Shown: positions 1-36,389 of the stretch, piece by piece
How the letters are laid out: every line of letters begins with the position of its first letter
Position numbering within the stretch: position 1 is the stretch's first letter
NCBI GenBank assembly: GCA_002269645.1
Contig: NIVC01003750.1
Coordinates: forward strand, 15,026 to 79,025
Source of the DNA: Macrostomum lignano
Lineage: Eukaryota
Direction: 5' to 3'
DNA length: 64,000 bases
Notes under the pieces: model-generated
What the model was told of the DNA's origin: nothing
The model's input: the letters and a program-made list of their open reading frames with translations, nothing else
Database searches by the model: none
Made by a program: the position numbers and the translations under genes

Positions 1-589
1 ACAACAGTTGTAAACATGCTGGTTAATACGCTCGTAGCCGTATAAAATATGAGTGCCAAGCACACGATACACAGCACTGTTATTAGCTAATTAACAAGGC
101 TATTTAAAAGCACTTGGGCCGGGCAACTCACTGAGAAGATTATCATGCAGTTCAGTTACACTGCACTGAGCCGCAACTGCGCCGCCTGAAACACATGCAT
201 CAGATCTGAATGAATCCACTTCATCAACAGTCAGTTAGCAGTGACAAGGTGACAAGCGGTTCTGTGACCAGAGTGTGAGAAAGCTAACTGCGTGCGCTTA
301 AGGAGTTAGAGATAGACCAGACTTGAGCACGGCTCACATGAGATTATCACTGCATAAAGAATAAATAAATAAATGCTGAAAATCTACTAATTTTAGACAG
401 TTAAATCGCATGGAAGCGACGACCCGCAGGGCATCACCTATGAACAGGTCCAGTCCGCGAGCAGCTGCAAGCCGGGGCATTTTAATTAATTATTTCAACT
501 AAATTTAAAATTACAGTACAATTTAACAAATTTGTGTCTCTTCAAGACATCAATAAACTCTCTCACCGAATTACATCAATGGATATTTG

Positions 590-1315
590 TATGACCCAAT
601 GACCTCACATAATATTGTGATTTAATGACCTCACCTAATTTCTAATGACCCAATGACCTCAACTTAAATTTTAAATGACCAAATTACCTCAACCTAATTT
701 TTAAATGACCCAATGACCTCAACCTAAATTTCGAATGACCCAATGACCTCAACCTAGTTTTGAATGACCCAATGATCTCAACCTAAATTTTGAATGACTT
801 AATGACCTTAACCTAAATTTGTGAATGACCCAATGACCTTAACCTAAATTTTGAATGACCCAATGACCTTAACCTTAATTTTGAATGACCCAATGACTTT
901 AACCTAATTTTTAATGACCTAATGACCTCAACTCAATTTTTAATGACCAAATGACCTCAACCTAGTTTTTAATGACCCAATGACCTCAACCTAGTTTTTA
1001 ATGACCCAATGACCTCAACCTAAATTTAGAATGACCCAATGACTTCAACCTAAATTTAGAATGACCCAATGACCTTAACCTAAATTTTGAATGACCCAAT
1101 GACCTTAACCTAAATTTTTAATGACCCAATGACTTCAACCTAAATTTAGAATGACCCAATGACCTCAACCTAAATTTTGAATGACCCAATGACCTTAACC
1201 TAAATTTTGAATGACCCAATGACCTTAACCTAAATTTTTAATGACCCAATGACCTTAACCTAAATTTTGAATGACCCAATGACCTTAACCTAAATTTTGA
1301 ATGACCCAATGACTG
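590..1315. repeat. ~30-bp minisatellite (AATGACCCAATGACCTTAACCTAAATTTTG)
   Basis: Direct tandem copies visible. Confidence 0.9.
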
Positions 1316-1512
1316 AGTCTAGCTCTAACATTTTATGACCCAAATTACTTTGTCTCCAATAATTATGAGCAAACAAGCATATAAATGAGCATTCATTTAA
1401 GCAAAAAATAATTGACAACATTTTGACAAAGTGACCCGGTGACCCGGGAGATCATCAACCCGTTCCAAACGCAGCCTAACTAATTTCTACAGCAAAAGCA
1501 AAAGGAACCCAC

Positions 1513-19753
<18,241 letters not shown>

Positions 19754-20839
19754 TTTATGGCTTCAGTAGCAAACCTATTGAGGAGCCTAAGATGCAAAAT
19801 ACCGTTTGATCACAAGTTAATGAATGAGTAAGTGCGAACGCGGAAAAGGGCTATAATTAATAAGCTACACAACACCACCGGACTGTGCCTAGATAAGTAG
19901 TTAGTAGACAAACAAGATACGATATATAAACAACACTACACTTCAAGTCGTTTTTAAAGACAAATATCCCAATACAAGCAGTCCAGATAAGTCCTAAAAG
20001 TCAAGAGAAAAGTAAATCACATTTATTCATAGCACGTGATATCTGAAGTTAGTTACTTGTATGGCTTGATCGCAAGCGGTGAATGACGGTGAAAACAAAA
20101 ATTTCTTTTCTTTTTCTGGGAAACCTCTCTTTTTCAATTCAATATCTTCTAACTACCTTTCTTAACATTCAAAAATACTTTTTAAGTTTTTATATAATAC
20201 GTGATATTATAATCATCCTTTTGTTTTTGTCCAGTTAATTACTAAAACTACGCATTGTATTTCTACTTTTTGTTAATACCTGTTAAAATTTATCAATTTA
20301 ATTGGACCATTAAAAGAAATGAATAGTATAGTAAAACACAACATTCGCCAATCGAAAAAAAATTGAAAAATCGAACTCAAAATGCAGGAAATTATTAAGA
20401 AAGCTGTTTATCTGGTTATATTTTTTACGATTATTCAGCCAAAATTTACATGTAAGTCGACATCAATTGCATGAAATTTAGGAAGTTAAATATGTTGTAC
20501 CCGTGCAGAATTAAGCATGCAGTAATCTGATGCGTTTAATTGGGCTAATGCTTAATGGCAATACACACTGAACATGTATTAAAAAAATTTCAGACGCCAG
20601 AATCCTCAACAAAAGGCTAGACTATGGTCTTTTCGAGTCGTCTCAACAATCCAGCAGCTATTTTGTCAATGAAAATGAAGTCTATCTTTGTTTCAACAAG
20701 ACAGACAAAGAAATCGACGGCTTTTTTATTTTCATTCCAACAACGTGACAGACAGCGGATATCACTGGCTAGTTGTAAAACTGCGCAGACTAATTGCGAT
20801 TTCCGCCGTGACCATTCAGAGCAGAGGCAAGAGTTGAGT

Positions 20840-21107
20840 TTCTGCCTGTTGTCTGTCTCTGTCCTTTTGTCTGTCTTTCTCTCTGTCTGTCCTTTTGCCC
20901 GTCTTTCTGTCTGTCTGTCCTTCTGCCTGTCTTTCTGTCTGTCTGTCCTTTTGCCTGTCTTTCTGTCTGTCTGTCCTTTTGCCTGTCTTTCTGTCTGTCT
21001 GTCCTTTTGCCTGTCTTTCTGTCTGTCTATCCTTTTGCCTGTCTTTCTGTCTGTCTGTCCTTTTGCCTGTCTTTCTGTCTGTCTGTCCTTTTGCCTGTCT
21101 TTCTGTC
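20840..21107. repeat. 28-bp tandem repeat (CTGTCCTTTTGCCTGTCTTTCTGTCTGT)
   Basis: Direct tandem copies. Confidence 0.9.
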
Positions 21108-21152
21108 ATGAGTAGTATTTCGTCATCTTCACCCACTCCGATCAACCTGCAG

Positions 21153-23752
21153 AACTGTCTTCTAGGGAGATCTTCAATCGCTCAGTCGGCATCGAAGTGT
21201 GGTTGCAGAGTCAGCCCAGTGATTTCCAGCTAGACAGACAGCACAGTTGCAACTCAAGCAGAACTGCATTGGAATTTAAGAGGACAAAAGCCAGCTGGGC
21301 CTTTTGTGGCACATCATTAGGAGATTCTGCTGGCCAAAAACTTACTGTGAATTGCCCAAAGACTGAAGTGGTGAATCAAAAGCTAATCATTTTGCATTTG
21401 GTATATCTAATGATTTTGCTACCCATCGCAGGCATCTGCTCCTGACACCAACATCCTTGATTCTTGGTGCCAAACGCCGATTTCAGGCACCAAGCAATTT
21501 CCGAAACCGACACCCCCTCCGATTTCCGACACCGACACAATCTTTTCCCGACGCCAAACCACGACTTTCGACGCCAATATCTGGTTCCCGACACCACAAC
21601 CCCTTATTGAATATTTCAAATCTCTGACTTCCGCACAAAAACACTCAATTCGCATCCGCAGACCAGCATGCTTAAACACTCAATTCACATCCGCAGACCA
21701 GCATGCTTAAACACTCAATTCGCATCCGCAGACCAGCATGCTTAAACACTCAATTCACATCCGCAGACCAGCATGCTTAAACACTCAATTCGCATCCACA
21801 GACCAGCATGCTTAAACACTCAATTCGCATCCGCAGACCAGCATGCTTAAACACTCAATTCGTATCCGCAGACCAGCATGCTTAAACACTCAATTCGTAT
21901 CCGCAGACCAGCATGCTTAAACACTCAATTCACATCCGCAGACCAGCATGCTTAAACACTCAATTCGCATCCGCAGACCAGCATGCTTAAACACTCAATT
22001 CGCATCCGCAGACCAGCATGCTTAAACACTCAATTCGCATCCGCAGACCAGCATGCTTAAACACTCAATTCGCATCCGCAGACCAGCATGCTTAAACACT
22101 CAATTCGCGTCCACAGACCAGCATGCTTAAACACTCAATTCGCATCCGCAGACCAGCATGCTGTTGTTGCGAAAGCCGGTAAGCCAACTGCCTGGCGAAA
22201 ACTACATGGCATTTTCCAACCTCTGGCTTGGAGAAGACGCCGACTACTTCGATTCGTCTGGTGAGCGAGTGGCTAGAAGAAGTGGCCATGAAAAATGAAG
22301 GATATTTACTGTAAATCTGAAGGTGAATTTCCAAAACCCCAGGTACCCCAAGTACGCCAGTATAGTGTCTGTAGTCGGCTCGCATGTAAGCATTAGAAGC
22401 ACAGAATAAGGCCGGAGATAGCAAGCACCTGGCAGGAACATCAACACAGGCCACAAATCCAATTCAAACAAGCATCTTTGACTTACTTACTTCACTTAGC
22501 TGCAGGGTGGTCTGTAGACACAGCGGGGAGGCAAGGAAGTGGTCAAACTAGAATTCACAAACAAGCATCAGTTATGCAGCTAATTAAATTGGTTGAACTT
22601 GCTGAATCCGGCCCAGTTTGTTTAAACCGCATCGGGGTGAGAATTTGTTCCCAATTCAAATTTGACTGCTAGCTGCTAAAATTATAACAAATCACCAAGT
22701 GTTGCCTTGGCGGAAATTTTCAGGAGAGGGCCCGGACCGACTGCGCCTCGGCCCGATGCTCCTGGCTGGGGCAATTCCGCTGGCAGCTATCCTCATTGCC
22801 GCTGCCACTCTGGCTATTCTCTACGCCAGGATGCAGGTGATTTGGCCTTTGCTTTTGTGTGCGAAAGTCAGGGAGTGCGATTCGGGATGTCAGATTTTAG
22901 GGGCTCAGCTTGGGTGTGTCAGGGACTACAGTTTGTGTGTGTCAGGGACTGCAGTTTGGGTGTGTCAGGGACTGCAGCTTGTGTGTCAGGGACTGCAGTT
23001 TGGGTGTGTCAGGGGCTGCAGCTTGTGTGTCAAGGACTGCAGTTTGGGTATGTCAGGGACTGCAGTTTGGGTGTGTCAGGGACTGCAGTTTGGGTGTGTC
23101 AGGGGCTGCAGTTTGGGTGTGTCAGGGTCTGCAGATTGGGTGTGTCAGGGTCTGCAGATTGGGTGTGTCAGGGTCTGCAGTTTGAGTGTGTCAGGTCTGC
23201 AGATTGGGTGTGTCAGGGGCTGCAGTTTGGGTGTGTCAGGCTGCAGCTTGAGTGTCAGGGACTGCAGCTTGAGTGTCAGGGACTGCAGCTTGAGTGTCAG
23301 GGACTGCAGTTTGAGTGTCAGGGACTGCAGTTTGAGTGTCAGGGACTGCAGTTTGAGTGTCAGGGACTGCAGCTTGAGTGTCAGGGAGAGGCTCGAGTCT
23401 TGTCTGAATCACTCTGCACCTGTGTGACTGCAAACAAATTTTACCGGAAAGCAACCAAAGCCACAAAAATCGAGCTTCGACTTCCACCTGACCCTCCGAG
23501 CAGAAGCAGGTGCTCAAGGCCAGAGCGGCCACAGAGCAGCAGCAGCAAGCTGAGCAGCGGACCGAGGATTACCAAGGCCTGGGCAGCCGCATCAGCGCCC
23601 TGTTCTACTCCCAGGCTGTGCATCTCTTCTCGGCTAGCGGGCCACAAGTGGAAGAGGAGACGGGCATCTACGATCAGGTGCTGATTCTGGGCGAGCAATC
23701 CAAGCATGCGCCTGACAACGAGGAGTCCAAACCCTCGCATAGTAGCGGGTAG
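21153..23752 (+). CDS. Candidate single-pass membrane protein, last four exons (21153-21370, 22152-22260, 22724-22836, 23510-23752)
   Basis: Phase-compatible AG/GT sites, hydrophobic segment MLLAGAIPLAAILIAAATLAILYA, cytoplasmic tail with tyrosine motifs (DYQGL, IYDQV) and a stop; no recognisable family. The last two exons are the best supported. Confidence 0.5.
21650..22160. repeat. 35-bp tandem repeat (CTTAAACACTCAATTCGCATCCGCAGACCAGCATG)
   Basis: About 14 near-identical direct copies with no spacers. Confidence 0.95.
22910..23390. repeat. 23-bp then 21-bp tandem repeat (GTGTCAGGGACTGCAGTTT core)
   Basis: Direct tandem copies. Confidence 0.9.
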
Positions 23753-23999
23753 CCTTTCGGTGCTAAGTAGGCGTCACAGGCTTATGGACAGCTAAGTAGA
23801 AGGATTATAATTGACAATATCTCTTCTTATGGACATCTGTGATTCAAATGATTTTGTGCGCACGGGCTCGTGGGGATGTGCGCATTGAACTTAATCCAAG
23901 TAAGGTTTGCAGGGGGTGGCCTTTCATAGATTTTGCAAGTCTAAAAAAGTGACAGGGCAACTCACAAGCAGCAAAAATTGTAAAGTTCTGACAATCTTC

Positions 24000-24230
24000 A
24001 AGCGAACTGTCTATGGCCAATGCCTCCAGTCGCTTGATGCGGCCGGAATAGCGAACTGTCTATGGCCAATGCCTCCAGTCGCTTGATGCGGCCGGAATAG
24101 CGAACTGTCTATGGCAAATGCCTCCAGTCGCATGATGCAGCCGGAATAGCGACTGTCTATGGCCAATGCCTCCATGCAGTCGCTTGATGCGGCCGGAATA
24201 GCGAACTGTCTATGGCCAGTGCTTGATGCG
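24000..24230. repeat. 49-bp tandem repeat
   Basis: AGCGAACTGTCTATGGCC recurs at 24001, 24050 and 24099. Confidence 0.85.
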
Positions 24231-24443
24231 GGACTTGGACGCATATAAAGCATATTTGCTCCATTTGCAGTCCAGAGGTTCATAATGTGATATATCAGTT
24301 ACCATGCGTAGATAATAAAAACACTAGATGGGTCACTCGCCTATTTCATGAATAAGCTACTTTCAATTGGGCGTCTGTATAGAGTTTTTTGGATATATAT
24401 TTGTGCACCAAGTAAAATTTTAATTTTATATTTAGATTATGAC

Positions 24444-25239
24444 TATAGCATTTTGCAGTCAAGTTTGAACTGCGGGCATTCAAATTAGACAAGAAGGGAA
24501 GAGCCAAATTTCAGAATCCGTCCCCAAGTCAAGCAGAACTTTATGTCTGTGGTACAAACTGAAACACACTGACGGGCACTCAATTTAGACAACGGGCATT
24601 CAAATTAGACAAGCAGCGGAAAGTCTGTGTGCCAGAGAGAAAGACCATGGACAATCCGATTCGTCGCTATGCAAGAATTTCCAGAGAGAAGCGTGACCTC
24701 ATTATTGGGGCATGCCAACGTGGTGACTCTGTGGCTGAAATTGCCAACATGTTGGATGTCAAGAGATCATCAGTGTACAACATCTGGAACAAGTTTGTTC
24801 AGGATGGCCAGCGATACGCGCTACCAAGGGGAGGAGCCAGGCACCGTCGAATGAATCCTGCAATGAAGGACCATCTGGCCGCCTTGTTGAATGCCAACCC
24901 TCTGATGACACTCGGGCAAATGCGGGAATCGCTTCTTGTTCATTGATGTGCTGAGCACCCTGTTTTGTTTGTTCACACATGCTTACTTTGTTATAACTTG
25001 TTCTTATCTTCATAGTTCAGGGTTCACAGAATGGTTGTCTGACAACAGACGCAACACGATCTTGAATTGCCCAGCCAATGCGCCTGAGAACTTGTCTAAT
25101 TTGAATGCCCCTTGTCTAAATTGAGTGCCCACCAGTGTGATTTTGTCTAGGCCATAGATAGCATTTGTGCCAGCAGTGAGATCTGGTCAAGCGTCTAATT
25201 TGAATGCCCGCAGTTCAAACTTGACTGCAAAATGCTATA
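24444..25239 (+). mobile_element. Internally deleted Tc1/IS630-like DNA transposon with IR/DR ends
   Basis: About 47-bp perfect outer TIR (TAGCATTTTGCAGTCAAGTTTGAACTGCGGGCATTCAAATTAGAC), inner repeats of GGGCATTCAAATTAGACAAG on both arms, TA at the ends. Confidence 0.8.
24647..24946 (+). pseudogene. Transposase N-terminal HTH DNA-binding fragment without DDE domain
   Basis: GDSVAEIANMLDVKRSSVYNIWNKF HTH followed by a RGGAR linker, typical of Tc1/IS630. Confidence 0.75.
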
Positions 25240-25405
25240 GTAGCAATCAGCGCCCCCCGTTGGGGAGCCAAAAAATGCAGTACAAGTTTATGAATATATT
25301 TGTCTTCAACTTGAATCTCCAATGTGAGAATCGATTGGTCTATGCGTCGTATTCTTTTATTTTTAGACCTTCTGAGCTTCTGAGCCATATGACTAGCCAA
25401 TCCTA

Positions 25406-25610
25406 GCTTATCCTTTATAGTCTATGGCTCATAGACTAGGCTGGACGCAGCTAGGCCCTTCGTATTCAGCGTAGGCAGGATTCTCACTTTGGATGGCTTT
25501 TTATCACTTTGCTTATCCTTTATAGTCTATGGCCCATAGACTAAGGCTGCACGCAGCCAGGCCCTTCGCAGTCAGCGTAGGCAGGATTCTCACTTTGGAT
25601 GGCTTTATTC
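25406..25610. repeat. 105-bp direct duplication, each copy with an AGTCTATG/CATAGACT palindrome
   Basis: Copies start at 25406 and 25511. Confidence 0.8.
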
Positions 25611-26022
25611 TCAGTTAGGCTGACAAAACCAATACCCATGCTTTAAGGGCGTTAATGGGAAAATCAGAGGGCGCCGTTAGGCGCCCGAGGATTTCTCATT
25701 GTTTAGCAATTTGACGATCATTATTCGCATATTTTATGCAGAACAATAATTACTACAAACAATGCATTGTCTGTAGGATCGTCAAACAGAAAACTCGCCA
25801 GACAATCGTTGTCACTCACTGGGACCGCTGATTATTTATCCATTGTACCATGACCTTTGTGCCCGCTGGGCACTTATTCTTGCCTTTTAATGCCATAGAC
25901 TACATTTAAGCCCGCTTACACGAGTCAAACTTACTTACTTACTTACTACTGACGGGGGGCGCAGGCGCCGCGAATAGGCCGCGAGGCCCCTATCGCAACC
26001 CCAAGGTAAAAGAGCACAAGGA

Positions 26023-31107
<5,085 letters not shown>

Positions 31108-32339
31108 TTAGCCAGCAGCCAACTACTTAGCAGCCACCTGCCCCGCAAAAAAGCAGCAGGGGGGATCCGTCCCCCACCAGCAGACCAAGACGAGGAAGCT
31201 AGCCGCTTCCACGCCAGGCCAGAACGAAAAGGAGGGGGAAGAGCCTCCTCGAAAAACGAAAAGCTGGCGGATGTCACAGAGTCCCTCGGTTTAAGTTGCC
31301 GTTTGCCCCCCACGAGTCAAACTTACTTTAAGTATCAGATTAAACATGCCTTTTGAGGGAGTTATTTGTATAAATCACGAGGGCCTGAGGCCCGAGGGAT
31401 TTATGAAAATAACTCCCGAAAAAGGCATGTGTAATCTCGTATAAACCATAGACATAAATACTTTATGGGATATTATTGAATATTACCAAATAAAATCCCG
31501 GAGAACGCAAATATTGTCACGGAAAGTCTTTATTTCTATGGATTATTGTCATTTAACGCCCGATTGTCTATTTGAAACTTACTCTAATGCAAATTAGCGG
31601 GCAGTAAATGTCATTAACTGCCCGCCAATTTTGTCCCACTTTGTCAAGGACACAAATGTCTATGGCACAATAATAGTACTACCCATGCTTTGCGGGCGTT
31701 AATAGTACATTAATACCCATGCTTTGCGGGCGTTAATGAGAAATCAGAGGGCGCCTAACGGCAGATCCGGGAAGAGTGGGTGAGTTCTACCACCCTAATT
31801 ATTGTGTCATAGACATTTGTGTCCTTGACAAAGTGGGACAAAATTGGCGGGCAGTTAATGACATTTACTGCCCGCTAATTTGCATTAAAGTAAGTTTGGC
31901 ATAGATAATCGGGCGTTTAATGTCATTAACTGCCCGCTAATTTACATTAACTGCCCGCTAATTTGCATTAACTGCCCGCTAATTTGCATTAGAGTAAGTT
32001 TCAAATTGACAATCGGGCGTTAAATGACATTAACTGCCCGCTAATTTGCATTAGAGTAAGTTTCAAATAGACAATCGGGCGTTAATGTCATTACCACGCT
32101 CGCGCTATCGCGCTCGCGCGCTAATAACATTAACACTCAAAAATAGTGCAGAAGAATATATCATTAACTGCCCGCTAATTTGAATTAAAGTAAGTTTGAC
32201 TCCTGCAAGCGGGCTTAAATGTAGTCTATGGCATTAAAAGGCAGGAATAAGTGCCCAGCGGGCACAAAGGTCATGGTACAATGGGAGATTATACATACGG
32301 TACTAGAGGTACAGTGTAAACAATAAGCAAAATCACGAG

Positions 32340-33000
32340 TGGCGTAGCGAGTTCATTGGATCTGGTTCCGTCAGAAAACAATATCCCCCAATCGAGGATG
32401 GTGACCTAGATCGACTGCGGAAATACTTTGACAGAAGCACAGCAGAGCGTCTCCAGGATGAAGTGATTTTTGTGTGACTCTATACGTTGGGTGAACGCGG
32501 CCAAGAGCACCTAAAGTTTCTCAAGAAGAAGGGTACTTTGGTAGAAGGAGTTGACGCTGATGGCGAAGCATATCTTGGCCTGCCGGATCTGCCAACGAAG
32601 AATCAATCGACTGAACCGACACGTGCTAAGAATAATATTACAAAGCAAGCTCTTCTCTATGGACAGCAGCGAGAGCTTGTAGTCTTCTACCGGAGAGCAC
32701 AAAGGATTCATCCTTCTTTCCACGACCATTGACCAATGATGGAAGCGGTAACCTTCGGTATTCGGCCAATCAAGTTCGAGGCATTAACTGGTTAGCCAAC
32801 TTCATGCGTCATCTGTGCCAAGTCTGCCATTTGTCCAAAGCGTAATACTAACCATTGTATTAGAGTAACGCGCATCGCAGATCTGCACGAATGTGGACAC
32901 AACCTGGACGACATTATGACTATTACAGGGCAGAGGGCCAAGTCGACCGTCCGGCGTTACCTGTCTAGAAGGCGTGATCGGTCTATTAAACTAGTTTCGA
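32340..33000 (+). pseudogene. Crypton-type tyrosine recombinase (DUF3504-like) relic
   Basis: PPIEDGDLDRLRKYFD...ERLQDEV, LGERGQEHL, TKNQ, and NTNHCIRVTRIADLHECG...IMTITGQRAKSTVRRY, matching H-x-x-R ... TGH ... Y; contains stops and frameshifts. Confidence 0.75.
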
Positions 33001-33899
33001 CGTCCATCAGTAAGGCGCTTGACCGAACGATTGCAACTACATCACATTCTAATCCCGATGTCAATGTTTCGACCGGAGCTTCCGTAGCTGCTGTCGTGGA
33101 CGTGGGTGATGCTGCTGATACATATGAGATCGTGCAGATGACAACTAAGGACCGTGACGAGAAAACAAGCATCATTCTCAATTTCAACGGCAAATTTGAT
33201 AATTTCACGTTTCAAATCAAGGGGACGTAAGTCACGGGAAAAGATATGTGATTTGATAAATGCTGATGTGTCATAACAATTAGCTAATTGCTTTTAATGC
33301 TTCACTACACACATTTAAAAATGCATTCTATGTTTTTTCTATGCTTGGTTTTGTTAAAATGTGTGCTTAAATGCGTATTCTGTTTCTCTGTGCTCAATTT
33401 GGTGACATGTGTGTGCAAAGTGCATATTCTACGTTTTTCTATGCTCTCAATTTGTTTAAATGTATGTAAAAATGCGTATTCTACGTTTTTCCACGCTCAA
33501 TTTTTTAACGCACAGTTTGTGTAAAAATGCGTATTTAGTCCATCTATGCTTTTGTTTTGTTCATCCATGTATTTGTTAGCGCATGTGTTAAAATGCGTAG
33601 CTTTCCTATGATTTTCTATTCCTAATGTTTTTCATGCATTGAACGTTTAGTACAATACGTATAAAATAAATTGTCTATGGCAAAATTTTCAATCATCGTT
33701 AAACAATCAATCTTTGACTGAAGCGTTGTTAGTATGGTAAACCATAGTAACAATATAATCCCAAACAGCAGAATCTTTTTTCTACTAAAGGCGTGAAGGC
33801 GTAAGAGCCGTTTCTGTGGTAGCTAAATCCGTTTTTGACAACAAACGAAACCACTGCACAAAAACATTCTACTGTGGATCATCTTACACTGTCAATAAC

Positions 33900-35012
33900 A
33901 TGACGGCGCAACGAACTCTCGGTGGGATGAGCACCATTTGCCTGTGGTTCGCTCTGGCAGCGCTTCTGACCTACGTAGCATACACTGCAGTGTCTCGAGA
34001 GCGTAGCAACATTGTCAAACTGTCCGAGATCAAGGCGGACAAACTAGATCCAGTGGAGAAAAAGTGCCCAGCTTATCAGGAGCTCCGTCGGATCGATTTT
34101 CTAAGTCCTTTTTTGCGCCACCAGCTGTGCCGAGGCACGGAGGCCTACAAACGGTCAAAGAATGGATTCCCTATTTGCGAGTTGAAAACACCGCCTCCGG
34201 AGAAGCTGCTCGGCATCGTGCGACAGAAAAGTGAGATTATCCCCATGGTTAACATTCGCGGCGCAAAAACACCCATCAGGGGTTACAACGGCGAAGATTT
34301 GATTTCGGATGCAATCCGGAAGAACAAAGCCTGGGAGCCAGAGTTAGCCCGGATTATCTTAAAGATTGCCCAGCAGATACCACGCGTAACTTTCTTGGAC
34401 ATCGGTAGCAATATCGGGGTGTACACTGTTCAGGCTGCACAGCTGGGTTTACCAACGCTAGCTCTGGATGCCAACATCCGCAACCTGTTGAGGCTGCATC
34501 TTACCCTACAAGCTTTATCACTAAAGGCTACTCTCATTTGGAACTTCATTGGAAACAACCAGCAGCTCCAGTATCTTAAATTCCCTAAGGAATCCAACGT
34601 TGGTGCCGGCAGAAAGAGTTTGATGAACGATGGTTCAGAGGAAAACTGGCTTAATGACACGATTCCCATCATGCCGATTCGCAGCGAAAAGCTTAGCCGC
34701 CTAATCAAGACTAAGGATGTCGTAATGAAGATGGACATTGAGAAAGGGGAAGCTACTTTTTTGGAGTCGTCAGGCAGTCTGTTCAACGAGTTCAAAATTT
34801 GGGCGGTACAAATGGAGTGGCAGGGTAGCTTGTCAACGGAGCAAGACAGGATGAAGATTTTGGATTTCTTCACAAAAAGAGGTTACACTGCATGGAAAAG
34901 CCCAAATGTTCAGCGCCTTGTTTCTTCTCAGTGGAAGACCTGGGGCGACATGATCGACATTCTTTGGCTGCACAGCGACTTTCAGCTAAAGCTGCTGGCT
35001 CTGAAGAAATGA
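33900..35012 (+). CDS. FkbM-family SAM-dependent methyltransferase with N-terminal membrane anchor, intronless
   Basis: FLDIGSNIGVY SAM-binding motif, VMKMDIEKGE FkbM motif, hydrophobic ICLWFALAALLTYVAYTAV near the N-terminus; intact 370 codons. Confidence 0.85.
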   Translation: MTAQRTLGGMSTICLWFALAALLTYVAYTAVSRERSNIVKLSEIKADKLDPVEKKCPAYQELRRIDFLSPFLRHQLCRGTEAYKRSKNGFPICELKTPPPEKLLGIVRQKSEIIPMVNIRGAKTPIRGYNGEDLISDAIRKNKAWEPELARIILKIAQQIPRVTFLDIGSNIGVYTVQAAQLGLPTLALDANIRNLLRLHLTLQALSLKATLIWNFIGNNQQLQYLKFPKESNVGAGRKSLMNDGSEENWLNDTIPIMPIRSEKLSRLIKTKDVVMKMDIEKGEATFLESSGSLFNEFKIWAVQMEWQGSLSTEQDRMKILDFFTKRGYTAWKSPNVQRLVSSQWKTWGDMIDILWLHSDFQLKLLALKK

Positions 35013-36389
35013 GGCATTGCCACCCATTCCGCTAACTCCTGGCAAAATGAGTCGTCACTGTTGTAGCCTTTTATAGCTTACAAAATTGCCTGCTCAAATA
35101 AATGAGCAGGCAAATACCTTGAATGATATTCCAACTTTGATATTATTGTGTTTATTACATGGATTTATTACAAAGTGAGATCGAAACAAGTTTTTGAGGA
35201 AGAGTTGATGTTCCAGACTCTCGTTTAAAATAAACTTTAAATCTACAAGCGTTTTTTTTGTCTTGACACACCACGATGAAACTCGTATACTGAGTGTAAA
35301 AACTCTATCATAACTATACCCAAAAATAGTCAAAAGTTCCACCCACCAAGCAAGATACTCGTATTTTTACTCACCTTTTACTGTGCATTTTAAATGACAC
35401 GTTTTCTCTCTAACTACGCGTGATCTGTACAGGTGGAACTTTTGACTGTTTGCTGAGTATATTATTTATGTATATGTATATGTATATGTATATTGAGTTG
35501 CAATAATCTTAAGAAAAGATGCGTTGCCAACCGGGCCCGTCCCCCGAACGAAGGCGTCAGCTCTAGTACACCGCAGTAAAGAAGATTACAGTAGCTCGTA
35601 AGTATGCAAGCAATCAGAGGCAAAGCCAATGAGGACAACATGTGAGGGGTGATAAAATATTGTAATATTTAGTATTTAGTATCTGTGTCAGTTACGAGCG
35701 TCAGGGCTAAAAAGAGCTGAAAAGTTACTTTGCGCCTTGCTGATACTCGTACATTTTGCAGCAGCAAAAATCTGCCTTCAGTGAAGATTTCACTTTGCCA
35801 ACCCCAAACTACTTATAGTAGACTAAATCAGTGGTGTGTTAGTTATTCATTGGAAAAAAACTAAAAAATGCTAAATACGATTTCGGGTGATAAATTGACT
35901 CTAAAATGCCGAGACAATGTTGCATATTTGGCAATATCTATTTTAGATTGCACTGGCAGTATTATTCAATATTCACACTCAACCCATGAGATATTTTTAC
36001 ATCCTAATTGGTTTTCTCAATTGATAGTATTGCTAGATTCGAAATACACAACTTTGTCGACAGATTTTAACGGTCAATTTAAGTTTTCTGCGCATGGTAT
36101 TCATATTAATGATAGCAGCGAAATGTTAATCAATAATTAATCTCTGCCTATAAAAATGAAATAATAGTTTTATGTATAACAATACGGCTCAGCATGAACA
36201 AAATGATATTTCAATATTATTCTGTATTTTCTGCGCTAAACAGCTGCCTGAGATCTCACGCGATGTTATTCAGTTCAAGAATGCAGATTTTCCTGCCTTG
36301 TTTATCGTTCATTTTGCAATGAATGAAATAAATTTTGCATCAAGAATGGCGCCTGGCCAACTTGGCTTTTAAATAAGATTGTCGTAACA

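Noticed and set aside
405-480. Possible further HIP1 exon (AARGLDLFIGDALRVVASMR)
   Set aside because: The acceptor and phase fit but the donor and homology are unclear; left out of the model
21650-22160. 35-bp repeat array as a possible CRISPR
   Set aside because: Units are directly adjacent with no unique spacers, there are no cas genes, and the context is eukaryotic; the same applies to the other arrays
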